64,000 bases of DNA from Schmidtea nova (taxonomy: Eukaryota): assembly GCA_044892505.1 (NCBI GenBank), contig CM097883.1, positions 106,206,001-106,270,000 on the forward strand. The letters run 5' to 3'. The notes beneath the pieces were generated by a model, which ran no database searches, was not told where the DNA came from, and saw nothing but the letters and a program-made list of their open reading frames with translations. The stretch's first letter is position 1; each line of letters starts with the position of its first letter. Made by a program: the position numbers and the translations under genes. Below, piece after piece: positions 42,201-56,550 of the stretch.

Positions 42201-44591
42201 TGGAGCTTATATTAATGCATTAATATTCAGCTGTTATACAGTTTATATAAATGTATGCTTAGTGCATTATATGTATAATCTTATTTCAATATAATTAAAA
42301 TATAAAATTGTTTGTTTTTTATTAGCGTGCCGGTTATTAGATCTTTGGCAACACACCCCTGTATATATTCCATCGCTCACTTTCATATCAATTGGATTTA
42401 GTTTTTGCCAACAAATTATGATGTGTTGAGGATACCTAAAACACAAAATAATATAAAAATAATAAAATTACCTGGGGGAAAAATAGTTATGACGAAGGAG
42501 ACGGTCAATGGGAACACAGAAAAGAAAACGGAAATAAAAAGAAATGAGAAATAAGAATCAAACAAAAGAAACTAAACAGAAAATCAAAACGAAGGTCAGC
42601 ACTAATTAATTAGTGCAAAAGGAAAAGAAATTCCAAATGGAAAAAAACAAAATAACAACAATAATCTTATCTCGACAACTTTTCAGAGATAACGGGAAGA
42701 AAAATATAACAAACAGCAGTGACAAAAAGGAAAAAGCAAAAATTATCTTGACAGCTGTCAATGATAACTCTGCTTGCGAGAAAAACCAAGGAATTATGTG
42801 GAGGAAAAATGGAAAATTAAAGATAAACTTAAGTGCCACAAATTGACGAGGTATAAAAAGAGGAAGCATAGCAGAAGCAGTCAGAAGATTTTAGACAGAA
42901 TATTTGGCGGGAGAAAATCACGGGAGTCAATTAAACAGAACATTTCCGACAGACGGTTGAAGAAAATTACAGAGGAAATTATTGGAGAAATTGAAAGATT
43001 GTGTGAAGCCAGAGGAAATTGGAAAAGAAGTTTAGAAAATAATTTGAAGAAAATCCGACGAAATATTAAATCAGAAATAAAGGACGTAACAGAAAATTGA
43101 GTGAAACCCGTTATCATCGATTAATAATCGAGTAAAACTCAACCAGTAAATCCAAGTAAAACCCAGAAGACAACCAGCTAAATTACCAATTGTTATACCC
43201 CTCAGTGGTGAGTGATCGTTCGAACCAAGATTATACAAAGTGTTGTTCTTCACCATCGTCTCGGAATAAGCACCGTATAATCAGTTGTTGGTCTGTTGAT
43301 TTTGGTCAATTCAGTGTTAAAGAAAATATTTGTGAAATTCAATAAAGTTTCCAGTGTAAATTGTTATTGTTGTCAATTAAAAGGCACGCTTTGGAGTCAG
43401 ATATTTGATTGGTAACTTTTACCATTTCACCAACACCCCAGAACCCAACAGATGAGACATATCCTACAAGTGACAGTCTGAGAAGTCCAACTGAATAGTC
43501 CAACTCATTTCCAAAAACCAAGATATTGTTTATAAAACATTTGCATTTCTGTCTCATCAAAATAGTAGTACTTAAGTTTATTTGGCATATCTTCAAATGC
43601 TATATGGTATCAGACAGACAGATCTTAATTTAAAGATTTTCTAAAGCTCAGGAAAGTAAATTTATCCACTGGTATTTCGCTTTGTGAATGCTGATATGTC
43701 TTCTTTTAAACCAATTCAACCATTTCATAACTTCTTCCGCTATAAATTTGAAAAAATAGTTAATTTCTTCATCCTCCAGTAACGTTGCCATTTATTCAGG
43801 ACTTCCAGTTATTTGGAAACTTTCTATTTTACAGTTGATAAATTCCGAGTAAAAGTTCACATACGTTGCATGGTAGAAGACTGCCTGAAATCGGCTTCCC
43901 CAATTCGAATGTACTTACAATATTCTATTTAATGTTTAACTACTTATAGAATAGCGTCCTGCAGTTTTTACGTCTAATTTCTTTATATCATTATCAATGA
44001 AAATATTATTTACAGGATCAGCGCGATTCGGTAAATAAACTTGTTTGATTACCCCGACATTGGATTACAATTTGAACTTAATTAGCTTCATTTTCCTTTA
44101 TGCTAATCTTAATTTTTCCAAAAGAAAATATGGAAGTTCTATTTGCATAACATAATAATTCTAAAAAGTTATTTTAATTATTCGACGGGAGGGTAATAAA
44201 TAGTAATTGCTAAATTTATGTTAATTTCGAGAAGTACAGTATAAAAAACGTTTGTTAAATGCCGTTTTATTGACTTGGCTGCAAGCAATACTCGCTTAAG
44301 TTACTCACAGAGACTGCATTTAAGGGGGCCCTAATTCATTTCATTTTGAGTTTTAAGGAAATCAGAGGATATCTAAAATTTAAAGTCATAATATCGAGAA
44401 AATAAATTTCCCAAGATTTTAACTGTTAAAAAATGATCTGTGCCGTTTATTTGTCCTCAGCATTTATTTATAGAGCGCAATGTCCAATTTCGCAATAAAG
44501 AATATTTCTGAACTCACCATCTCATTGTACATAGATCAAAAATACATAAACAAATCACAGGTTTCAAATAAATACACAGCTAAAATCACAC

Positions 44592-44890
44592 AAATGAAGA
44601 AATTTGATCTTTGGTCATGAGACTGTGATTACAATGAATTTCTGCGTTTTCTATTCCGGTTATGCGCTCATAAATCCGTTTATCATCAATTGTATCTGAC
44701 CATTTTACAGTGTTATTAAGTTTGATGTCTCCTTGAAAAGGAGTTGGTGACTCAAAATTAGGATTAATTTGTGATATACCTGAGCCAGTGAGCATTGGTG
44801 TGGTGGCAGTTGGGGTGGGCACGGTATTTGAATGCTGAAAATAATGCGCATTCATATTTTCTGGAGTTAAAGGTGGAACTGGGATGAAAT
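44592..44890 (-). CDS. Probable internal exon of an unidentified host gene
   Basis: Higher-GC open frame (P/T/S-rich) bounded by TTTTAAG acceptor and GTGTGA donor. Confidence 0.35.
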
Positions 44891-46672
44891 CTTAAAAAAA
44901 AATAGTATAAATATTTTTTAAGAGAAAAATTTTATTTTATTATAATTGTAATGTATTTTTCAGTTTAAAATAAATTCAAATAGTAAAAAATTAAATTGTT
45001 AAAATCATAAGTTTTTAATATTAATTAATTGTAAAATATTAAAATTTTAAAGTTTTTTTAAATTTAAATATGTAATTTTATAATACAAAGTAGTAAATAA
45101 TCATTTATATTTTATAATTTTAAATTGGAAAATCAAATGGCAATTAATAATTACTAAATTCTTTTGAAATTTTAATTTAAAAAAATTTTTAGTTCAAAGC
45201 TGAAAATTCGTTACAAATGTTTGTTTAAATATTGTGTAATTAATATATTTTTTAATTATGCCATTAATTATGCCATTCTATAAATCTAATATAGAAGATG
45301 TTCTATTAACATCTAGCAATAATATAGTATGTTCCAGAAATTTGTGTTTAGAAAGAATTTACTAATCGGTTTACATCGGAAAACTTTATTATATTTTCAA
45401 TTTAACGATGTATTTAGGTAAGGGTACCTACTTAAGGACTTTGATGACTAGTACCGTAAATTATTGAAACTTAAAAATTATAATTCAATAATTTTCATAT
45501 TAATTTTTTTTTGATTGTTAGGTACACAATATTTTGATAAAGTCTTTATCAATTGGGAATTTTAAAATACATACATCATAAAGGCTGTGCCGAAATATGA
45601 CGTACCTCACAATAAAAAAGCTTGATCTACAGTCTTAGAAAAATTAATATGATAATTATTGAATTAAACAAAGATATCAAAGATGAAATCAAAACATAAT
45701 TATGATAAAAATTATAAATAAAGTTTTTTGAATATAACAAAAAAATATTAATTATCAAAACATTGCTGATGAATTTGCTAAAATAAAAGCAAGAAAAGTG
45801 AAGCCGAAAAAATATTTATCAATGTATATTATATTTTAAATTAGACAGTGCAGAAAATAATTCTTTTATAATTAAAATTTACTTATAATATAAAAATTTG
45901 ACGTTTTTTATTAGTTACTGAGCAAAACTTAAATTTTTTATAGCACACCTGAATATATTTACGGCACTTTCGATTAATGATTAACAAAATAAAATTTTTT
46001 ACTGGTAATAACTTAATAATAAATAAATTTTAAGTTTTTTCCATGCTTTATATAAGGTTGCTTTCTATATATATGTGTGTGCCACAAAATTACAAATCAA
46101 TTTTTTAGTGCTTTTCTCTCAACCGATTCACTTCAAATTTTGCACACTTGCTCACTTCCGGTGACAATACATGGAAATTGATAAATTTGACCAAAAAAAG
46201 TTAATTAAGTTAACTAAATAACAATTTGAATTTCCCCATACATTTAACAATGGACGAGAGGTAAATGTGTTGCTGTCTTCAGAGAAATTTTGCGTGTAAA
46301 TGTAATATAAATTGCAAAAAAAATTTCTCAGCCAAGTGGAGTTCTGCTCGCATAAAGCATGGATTTGAAAAAAGAATTTTTTTTTGATTTACTAGTTTAA
46401 AGATAATTAAAACAATAATTAATTTAATGATAATTGGATATAGAGTAATTTCAAGGAATTTAAAGAAAAACCTTATGTCAAATTCCAGTAATTGCATTTA
46501 TTAACGAAAAATAATAAAATAAATCATATTACTTATATAAAACACAATGACATACATTTGGACACCATTGTATTTTTGGTCTATGCCACATTAGAATTCA
46601 ATTGAATGCTTTTATCACGATAAGGCTTCAATTACTACAAATAAATATAAACTTACTCCACAAATATAAAAC

Positions 46673-49085
46673 TAAGGTGTCCAACTGTACTCATTTACTG
46701 AGTTTTGTACTCTTTTTTCGCAAACCGTACTCTTTTCAAATCCTGTATTCTGAAAGTACTCATTTGTATTTCTAAAACATTTTTTTTAGACTATTTTATT
46801 TCAATTTTATTAATTAAATATTTAAATTCTATCTCTCCAATATTTGTGTACGCTATCCCAAGGCTGATCTTTGATGTGCAATATGTACGGAATGCTTGAC
46901 CGTCTTGACGCATTGTGTAATATGTACCCTTTCTGTTTAATTAATTTGAGGTTAGAGAAAACCAACAATTTCGTACTTTTTGTTTAAGTTAACAAAATTT
47001 GATGTGCACAAAATAAAATAAAATTTATTTATCTAGTGAAGGTTAAGTTGCATGTAAGTATTAATATTATAGTTTCATTTTCATTTTACTTAAATAATAT
47101 CAGATTATAATATTTATTTGAAATCAAAATAAAAAGTATATTACTAATATAATTTTTAGATTATTAATTCAAATATGAGGGATAACAAAAGAAGGAAAAA
47201 TCGGTTAAACGAAAATTTAAAAAAGGAGTTTCCGTTCATTGTAGTTACAAATCGAAATGATGACTCCTTTGTTAAATGCACAATCTGCAATAAGGAATTT
47301 TCAATTGCAATTCATGGGCGTAGTGCAGTAACGGCACACATCGAAACTAATGTACATAAAACGTCTCATGACACAGCATCGTCAACATCCAAATTGACAA
47401 CATTTTTAAAGGGAATACTTTTGGAACTAATGAAAAAAAATTGACAGTCATGGAGGGTACTTTCGCTTATCAAACAATAATCCATAATCAAAGTTTTCGC
47501 AGTATGGACTGCACTACTAAATTACTAAAAAAATTCTGTGACGAAAAATTTTCTTGTGCGCGAACAAAATGTGAGTCTATCGTAACCAGCGTGTTTAATG
47601 AATACTGCAAGAAAATGCTATCAGAAAATCTGGATTCTGTATCATATATATCTATTCTATCAGACGCATCGAATCACAATGAAATAAAACTTTATCCAAT
47701 TTTAGTAAGGTATTTCGATATTAAGAACGGTATTCAAATTAAGATTTTAAATTTTGAATCAATCGAAGGGGAAACATCAGACATTTTGTTTGATCACTTA
47801 TTTCGAATTATAACAGACAACAATTCGAATAAGAAAATTTTGGCCCTCTCGGCTGATTACACAAATACTAATTTTGGAGGACGTAACCGTAAAGGTGTCA
47901 ATAATGTGTACACAAAATTACAAGATTTTCTGAAACGAAACATTTTGGGGATTGGTTGTAATGCTCACGTTATATCAAATGCCATCAATACAGCATCAAG
48001 TTCAATGTCGATAGATGTGGAAGTAATTATTACAAATATATATTTATATTTCAATCGGTTTAAAGTACGGGTAGCAAGTTTAAAAGAATTTTGTGAAGAG
48101 GCTGGTGTCCAATACAAAAAACTTCTTGGTTATACCAAAGTTAGATGGCTTGCTTTAACTCCAGCACTGGAACGCGTTTTGCAGTTATATGATCCACTAC
48201 GCTCATATTTTTTAACCCCTGACAAATGTCCTACAATTCTGAAGAAATTCTTTCAAAACGATATGTCAGAACCTATGCTTTATTTTATTCACAGTCAGGC
48301 GTCGTTGTTTCATAAAATTACTCTACAAATTGAAGGAGATAAAATCTCAGCAGCAGAAGTTTGTACTATATTAAACGATTTCATACTGCAATGTAAATCA
48401 AGATTTAATGGTGAATTTTTACCACTAATTCTAAAGAATAAGCTGGCCGTTTTGGAAGATTCCAATCCCGGAATAAAAAAAGAACTTTTAAAAGAATTTA
48501 AGAATTTTTAATTAAATTTGCTATGAATATATCGAAGAATGGATAGTGAACTTTAGAGCATTAAATTGTTTCAAATGGACCCTTCTGAATAGTAAAATTA
48601 AATGGGAAGAAGTTTCTTCAGCGTTTAAATTTATATTTAAATGAAGAAAAATTGAAGCAATGGAACGATGAGAAAATTGAACTTGACAAAAGGTGGGTAG
48701 AAATCTTTCAGGATTTTAGACTAGAACATCTATCACATAAAAATTTGAAAGTTTTAATAGAAATTTCTTTATGTTGTCCAGGCACTAATGCTGCAGTTGA
48801 AAGAGTATTTTCATTGGGGAATGATTATTAGAGCAGTGAGAAGTCGCAACCTTCAGTAAAAACATTATCTGCCGTCTTAACAGTCAAATTTAATATGCAA
48901 AATGAAAGTTGTTTTGATGTGGCTACTTTATTAGACGAACATCCTCATTTAGCAAAAAAAATCCACTCCGAAGAAAAATATGTTTTTAAAAGAAAATAAA
49001 GTTTTTGTCGTTTTTTCTTCTTTTTTTTCACCTATGAAGTACTTGCAAAGTGTACTCTTTGAACAAAAAATAGTTGGTCACCTTA
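46673..49085 (+). mobile_element. Decayed hAT DNA transposon with both TIRs
   Basis: TIRs TAAGGTGTCCAACT / AGTTGGTCACCTTA (13/14), ATAAAAC on both flanks. Transposase pieces: CTIC..H finger, SILSDAS, NTNFGG, CNAH, RWL, PGTNAAVERVFS, with frameshift and stops. Confidence 0.85.
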
Positions 49086-50559
49086 ATAAAACCCATATTA
49101 GTGTCATCGCACTTCGTTTTTTGAGGTTTACAAATACTTCCGCCTATTTTTATATCTCTAGAGTAACTATATCTTTAGATAATTTTTTTTCTGTAAATGC
49201 AATTTTAAGATCTTGAAAAATTTACTTTTTCTTGCTTCATTTTTATTTCAAATCTATTAAGTTAAAAAAGGGAAAACAGTTTTTGAAAAAAAGAAAAAAA
49301 ATGTTTTTTCTACTTAATTTTAAAAATATTCTCTTCAGCCCCAACTCGGGTTCATATTTTTCCAACTTGAATTTATCAATATTATTATACTTTTACTCAT
49401 GCACTTAAGGGTACTTGAAAAGTTTGGAGATAAATTAGCACATTTAAAGTTTTTTAAATTTGTTTTGTATACCTAAATGTACAGTATAATTATTAATAAG
49501 TAGTAGAAATTGTTTCTCCTCTCGTAATTCGCAATTCAAATCAAGCAACACATTTCCCCATATGTTACTTGTTTCATAGTAGAAACTCCAACTTAAAATT
49601 GCAGCGAAATATTGGTATGATATAAATAAAATCACTTAAGCAAATAAAATATTGTATAAAAATATAGGCAAACCTCGAAAAAACTCGGTTTATTGGTTCT
49701 GTGTTATATGAAACTGTGAATTATTGAAGAAATTACATGAGTAAATTACACAGAAAATCCCGAAATATCGAAAAACACTTTCTAAATAAAAGTCGAAATA
49801 AAAATATTTACAAATTCTATGCAGAATTATTTTACCATTATTATTAAAATTTTAAAGCCATCCAATTGAGCTGTTGTTTAGTTTGAGGCATGCATTCTCA
49901 AGGTGTGTCGTATGACACATTAGTGTGTCGCGGAAATTGTTTGGTGTGTCGCGAAATATTTTGAAATTTTATTGATATTTGATGTTGGATGGAAAAAGTT
50001 ATTTTTTGATAAACAGTAAATAGACGAATAGATAATTACAATGAATAGATCAAAACTTAAAGATCTAGAAGCAGAAATGCAAGCTAGTCTTTTTAAAATA
50101 AGACCATGTTTTGAAAGCTTGTGCTCAAAAAATATCAACAATTAATCTCTTTGATTTAAAATTTTATTAATTTTTAAAATATAATTAATTAAATTTTACA
50201 TTATTTTTTAACGTCGAAGATGTTAAAAAAAGCTTTTAAGTGTGTCGCAAGAAAATTTGTATTGAATAAGTTTGTCGCAAGAAATGAAGTCTTGAGAATT
50301 ACTGGTCTGAGGGGTGCTTGGGGATAAACTGGTAAGTGGTTAATATGGGATTGATTAAAGGAAATAAAATGTTTGCTCCAAGCGATTAAAATTGACAAAA
50401 GTTATGTTTTAATTATAAATTTTCAAATGGATCCTAATTATTGGGAAAAGATTTAATTGAAATCCCTTCGATTAAGAGAGTAATATTGAAATTACTAGAC
50501 ATATGAAAACTAATTGGAATTTCTTTCGTATTTCTAAACTACTTTTTTATTTATTAAAA

Positions 50560-50940
50560 GTTAAAAAAGCTCAACTTTTTCCTCCCAGTTTATAGCCGAG
50601 CTTTGTCCAACTGAAGTAATAGTTGATTTCTATACACAAACATCACAGCACTGACCGCTTCCTTTGAAGTCTTCATTACTTTGCTAATTTACTAATGAAA
50701 TGGCTTTGAATTTTATTGAAGTTGTGAAAACACTTCCACTATCCCGTCTTAACTCTAAAATCCAAGCCTCTAATTCAGCTTCCAAAACTGGACAATGTGC
50801 ACTTCTCCACTTGTGATAAGTTTATTACGCTTCATTGTTTCCAAGACAGTTTATTCTATAACTGAGACGTCTCCTTTCTACATGTTGAACTAGTTGAAGC
50901 TTTTTTACTGATAAATGTGAGATTTTTATTTTCTTCGATA
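50560..50940 (-). mobile_element. pogo/Tigger (CENP-B-type HTH) transposase remnant
   Basis: Minus-strand translation LEAELEAWILELRRDSGSV.TTSIKFKA...FKGS, with stops. Confidence 0.5.
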
Positions 50941-50953
50941 TCTTTTTTATGAA

Positions 50954-51365
50954 TTAAAATAATAAATCAATTTGTAGGAATTCTAAAAACAAATAAGATT
51001 TTATTAATAGAAATTGATCTCCAATTGACAAGTTGGTCTTTGGCAACCGGAAATCCTGACCGATGATAACAAGAGTTGAAATGAGCAAGCTCCATGACAG
51101 TCCGTATTGATTGATTTCTGGTGATAGCGAATAATCGTTTAATCGAGATTGATTGTGATCCAATGTATTGATTTGTAGATTTTTTGAGTTATACATTTCA
51201 GATTTGTCTGGATAGTATATTAATATTGATTCAGTTGATGACAAGCATCTTCCAGTTTGTACGGCTTCTTTACGCATTCCAGCAGCGAAACATTTCTGCA
51301 ATCTACGGAACTGGCAATTGTTTCTTCTTTGAATATCGACTACGCAATCTCCACTAGAGTAGAAC
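50954..51365 (-). pseudogene. Nuclear receptor fragment (second DBD zinc finger to start of LBD)
   Basis: DCVVDIQRRNNCQFRRLQKCFAAGMRKEAVQ (Cys>Arg in CxxC) and LBD signature LSIGDQFLLIKS. First finger not found. Confidence 0.6.
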
Positions 51366-53679
51366 TGATAATTGTTGTAATTTGATGAAAACGAGTCGCT
51401 GTGAATGTCTTGAGTGAATTGGCATATCGAATCATTGTTAACAGCTTGCATTTTTTTTGATCATCGTGAAAAAAGTGAAATTATGTAAATATTAAAACAA
51501 CATCTAATTTAATCCATTTAATAATTAATTAATTTATAAAATTGAAAATTTAATCTAAGGCACTACACAATTATTTTATTAGTTTTGCCTAAATTTAAAA
51601 CTCAGAAATTAAAATTTTTAAACATATTTATTGAAGATCGTGTTATACAAGAAAAATGTTGACTTTTTAAAAATTACGGGTGGGCGCTATACATAGAATT
51701 TTAGTGTAATAGCAAGAGTTATAAGCAGGCTTGGATTTACCTTTAGGCTGAAGCCTAGTGTCCCAACTGGCGGGGCCACCAAATTTTGTATAATTATCAT
51801 AAAAACTTATTACATCTTTTAATTACTTGCAAATTATTATATTTATGTAATATAAGTAAAGAAATATTTAATTATATTACATATTATATTCAATATAATA
51901 CTTTTCTAAAGTAAAAATTTCACGAAAGTGCAATATTTTTTCAAATTTTTTATTTAAAAAAAACAATGTTGGATTTGATTTTCTTCAACCATTTACAAAT
52001 AAAACTTTAAAATCAAATTATTGCTTCAGATTACTGAATGTGCTTTTAAAATCAGACAAAACCTTTTCGTTTAAAAAACTTAATAAAGGGCCCAATAAGA
52101 TTTTTAGCCTTAGGCTCTCTCAAGAGTGAATCCGGATTTGGTTATAATCTCCAATAAACAAAAATTTATTATTAGGTAGTATCACTGTGATATTAAAAAT
52201 GAGCGGCCGTTACTGGGAAAATGTATTTTACGGATGCAAATTAACATTTCCATTGTTTTTTCTATGAATATCTAATATTAATCGCCATACAAGTGTAACA
52301 ATAATAATAAAAAATTTATTAAGAAATTAGCTGGTGAACAGGGAGCTCTGAAAAATATTGTTCCTGTTAATAAAATATAGCAGCGAAAAAAATATTTTTA
52401 AAAGTTGAACATTTTTTCATTAATTTGTCTTTGGTCTACCACATGTCAACAGCTAGTTTGAAAATTTTGTAAATATTTTGTTGAAAAATAACATTTTTTG
52501 TGCATTCTGAATATTTCTAATAATTTCAATGAGAAATTTAATTTGGAATTATAAAAGTTTAAATTACAGAATACAAAAAAATTTACATGATCGAATTAAA
52601 AACACTTTGTTATTGCTTTTTTCTATTTGTTAATGCTTTAATATTGCCGAAGGAACTCGCCAATAATGATTGAATGTTATAAAAAACTACAATGCAATCT
52701 AATATATAAAGGGCAATGTTTGTGTGTTATCTATAGAAAACCAAACGTCTGGACCGATTTCGATAAAATTTAGCATGGGATAGTACTTGAGGGGAGAAGG
52801 TTCTTAGCGGGATTTTGATCTGTACCCCAACCAGTGGAGTCAAGAGTGCCAAAAATAGGGTTCAGGGTGACTCTGCAGCATCAACCGTGCGATTTGGTGA
52901 AAACTATGTAAAACAAAAATTATAGAGCACCCTGTTTTAGGGGGGCCGGATTATGTTTTCAGACCCGTAATCCGGATCCAGAAGGAACGGAGCTCATGTA
53001 CTTCTAAGCCTTTTTCAACTTAAAAGAAAACAATAATAATCGAATGTGAAGAAATTACCCATGATTTAACTTTTCGTAACATGTTCAAGTTTTCTTTTTT
53101 CAGTGCACTAGAATAATTTCATTGAAAAGTTTGAGTAAATGTTTTTTTTGAAAATTGATTATTTGTTGTTTTTAAGTGGAAAATAAACAAAACTTATTAT
53201 TGCCTTAATGTTTTGCAGTTATTTCATAGCATTAACCAACAGGAGCACATTTTGTGGGATCATTGTTTAACACTAAAAACTATTGATGTACCTTACTGTG
53301 CATTGCCAAAAATTGGTAAAACAAAGTTCGAGTTGCGCATCAAGCCTTGAGTGATATGCTTTGCTTACTTTTAAATATTGGCCCAGGCAAAGCTGGGTAA
53401 CCCCAGCTAGTAATAAATATTACACAATGAAAAATAATAATAAGGCTGGGTGTGGTTTAAACAGAAATAAGAAGATATTTAATTTATGCAGCGCATGAGT
53501 AATTTTGGTCTTTGATGACAAAATATAAATTAAATAAAATAAAAAACCAGGAATTAAAATATAAATGTATAAATTCTAAAAAAGATAAAATATGGAGTTG
53601 TTTCATAAATTCATAGCATTTTTTAAATTTCTTTTGATTATTACAATAATAATAATAAATCAAACATTTATGTTATTCT

Positions 53680-54130
53680 CCATCGTTGTTTACAACCTTC
53701 TCATACCTCTCGATCAATTCAATGATCTAGTTTCACCTTACGTCACTAGGCCTGAATGCGAAGAAGTTGCCGAGCCAGTATTTGATGTTCACATCGTTAT
53801 CGAAGGTTACGCCGTGCATATGATTCGTCAATGAGCGGAAAAGTTGGTAATTTGTTGGCACAAGGTCAAAAGAATATAGTGAATACTTAAGAACCTCCAA
53901 ATTGAGCTCTTAGGAGGCAGTTATGATGAAGTTTGCCGTGTGAGGTTGTGCATCGTCGTGCAAAAGAATGACTTAGCCTTGTCAGTTGGGTATTTTCATT
54001 TGAATAGCCTTGTTTATTCGGTACAGCTAGCCTACATAGAAGCTTTTCTCGACCATTTTGTTTTCTCCAGTATTTTCTAGTGTACCAGACTCTCCAAATC
54101 TCACCAAAAGCAGATTGTGAATGTCGTATT
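53680..54130 (-). mobile_element. mariner transposase C-terminal remnant
   Basis: LVPTNYQLFRSLTNHMHGVTFDND..IK.WL..FFA...IERYEKVVNNDGE matches the mariner C-terminus; disrupted. Confidence 0.7.
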
Positions 54131-56394
54131 TGATTGTTTAGTTTATTTTTATGACTGTTTGTTACTGTTTTGATTATTGTATTACTATATGATTGTGGTA
54201 ACAACATTGTACCCCCTTTTTGTGTTTGCTAATTTTTTATGATTATTATTATTTATAATTATAAAAATTCAAATTTTTAATTTAAATCAAATAGCTTACT
54301 ATAGTAATAGACTATAGTAAGCTAATGACACAAATAAAAAAATCGATTTTATACTTTAATATTTTAATTTGGCTTAAAAACTAATTAAACAAGCTATTGA
54401 ATAGAAAAGCAATTCCTACATTCAAATCCAAGATTGAATTGAAGAAATTAAAAGTTAATTTTTTTTAACTGATAAGTTGGAAAGATCCATTAAATAGAAA
54501 AACAATTCCTACTTTTAAACCCAAGATTGAATTGAAGAAATTAAAAGTCAATTTTTTTGTCAACTAATAAGTTTGAAAAATCTATTAAATAGAAAAGCAA
54601 CTCCTCCTTTTAACACCTAAGAAGAGTTCTCGTCAAAAGTATTTATTTTAAATATAATTTGTATAATATTTATTTCGTTTTGTTATTTATATTTTATACT
54701 CAGTCATTGTAAAATTTTCCACCGCAATCATTTACATAGCATACACCCTGAGTGTCTCCACAATAATCGGGCTGACTCTCTCGGGCACTTCAATATTTCC
54801 ATACAACCGCATTCATTACATATAGAAAAACATAAATATTTTACATAAAAATTATAATATAACAATTATCACTACATAAATATATTAAAATTACACAGAT
54901 CATAATCTTAGGATAAAGATCTAGTACTACTAGCTTTCAGCCCCCCTATTAACGTTTCAGCCCCCCCAATTAAAAATTAATTAATTTTTTAAATATTCTT
55001 ATTATTATCGTAAATAATAACCTTAACTCTCGAGGCTACTCACTACTTCCTCTGCCTCATGTTGATGTAGAGACACCTTTTTCATCTTCCACGATGATTC
55101 TATATAGGAAATATTTCTTGTAGCCATGTGTCGCTGAATGGAATGCAAGATTTTGAGCGTTCTTTGTTCTTGTGGTGAGGTTTTGTGGCATCCAAGCTAT
55201 AAGTCTTTGAAAATACTTCATTGATTGAAGGTGACAAGTAATTCGTTCCATATTTCTGTCCTACTTCAAAGATAATTATCTGCACTTTTGACGGCCACAT
55301 TCCTTCAAAAGAGCTTTGAGACAATCCAGAAAAGGGAGTGTTGTTGAGTTCGAAATTGCCATTTTTACACTTGAAAAAACATTTTCGAGTAATATATTTA
55401 TCTATGACCTTCTTTCCGTGCTTCGGCAGCCTTCTGGCTTTGATGAAAAGCGAAGAAGAGTATATGCTGAAAATACTGATTTTTTGCTTTCAGGAAATTA
55501 CATTTTACGAGTTTGAAATTTGAGATAAATAAAGTTGTTAAAGAAAATAATGACAGTAGCTTTGTAGGACAGGTAGATATAACCTGATGTACGCATTATG
55601 CTGAACAATAGATAAATTAATAAAAGGTAAAGCTCTGTGATATCCAGTGCAAAACCCCAATAGTAGACTAATTTAGAGCTTTTGGCTCTCATCAGTGCTA
55701 TGTAGAAGACGCGGAAATTGATCTTCGCACCAGGTAGGTATAAAACAAAGTTGGATAAACCTTATGAAATACTTTTCCTGGTACACTGGATATCATATCA
55801 CTTAAAAATGCTAATCTGTAACTTGCAAACATGGTGGATGAATATCATATTTGTCTCTGTACACTAAAGGTTTTCAACATAAACTGTTTGCAAGCGCACC
55901 CGACTGCCTTAGCCTTATTTATTATTTCAATCACGTGAAAGCGAAAATTGAAACGCTACTAATTTATAAAACAGCTTAATAGCGGCATATCCTAAATTTG
56001 TAAATTTTGAATTTCAACATTTTGTAGGGTTTAATTTATTAGGGACACTGAATATGAAATCAAGCTCATCTTACATTTGTATTATTAATATTTATTTAGA
56101 ATATGACTATTTGTGAAGTAATTCCTTTTCTATTATTGGCTTATTGGGTTGTTGGTGAAATTTAAGTGACCAATCAAATTTCTGACTCCAAATGCGTGCT
56201 TTATTAATCAATAGAATAACAATTACAACAAGAATCTTTATTGGTATCAAAACTAGTTCCACTATTAAACAGATGCAATCAATTAACAATATGAGACAAT
56301 TATACAGTGCTTATTAGGACACTTATGTGAAAAATAGCACTTGTGTATAATATCCGTCTAACAACCACTAGTAACTGATTTAGACTCAACAAAC

Positions 56395-56550
56395 TTTTCT
56401 CAATAAATTTCTCAATAATCAATTTCTCAATAATCAATTTCTCAATCAGTTTCTCTCAATTAATTTCGCAATAAATTTCTCTCGATACGTTTCTCAATAA
56501 GTTTATCTCGATAAGTTTCTTACTAAATTTCTCAATAAGTTTCTCTCACA
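56395..56550. repeat. Short degenerate tandem repeat (TTTCTCAATAA core)
   Basis: About a dozen visible variant units. Confidence 0.75.

Noticed and set aside
39340-43930. Purine-skewed segments at ~39.3-39.9 kb, 42.4-43.1 kb and 43.1-43.9 kb as LINE/Penelope remnants
   Set aside because: Look like decayed repeats, and the first two resemble each other, but no convincing RT or endonuclease motif could be read.
54960-55900. Possible DNA-transposon remnant
   Set aside because: Higher-complexity sequence, but no motif or TIR pair I could support.
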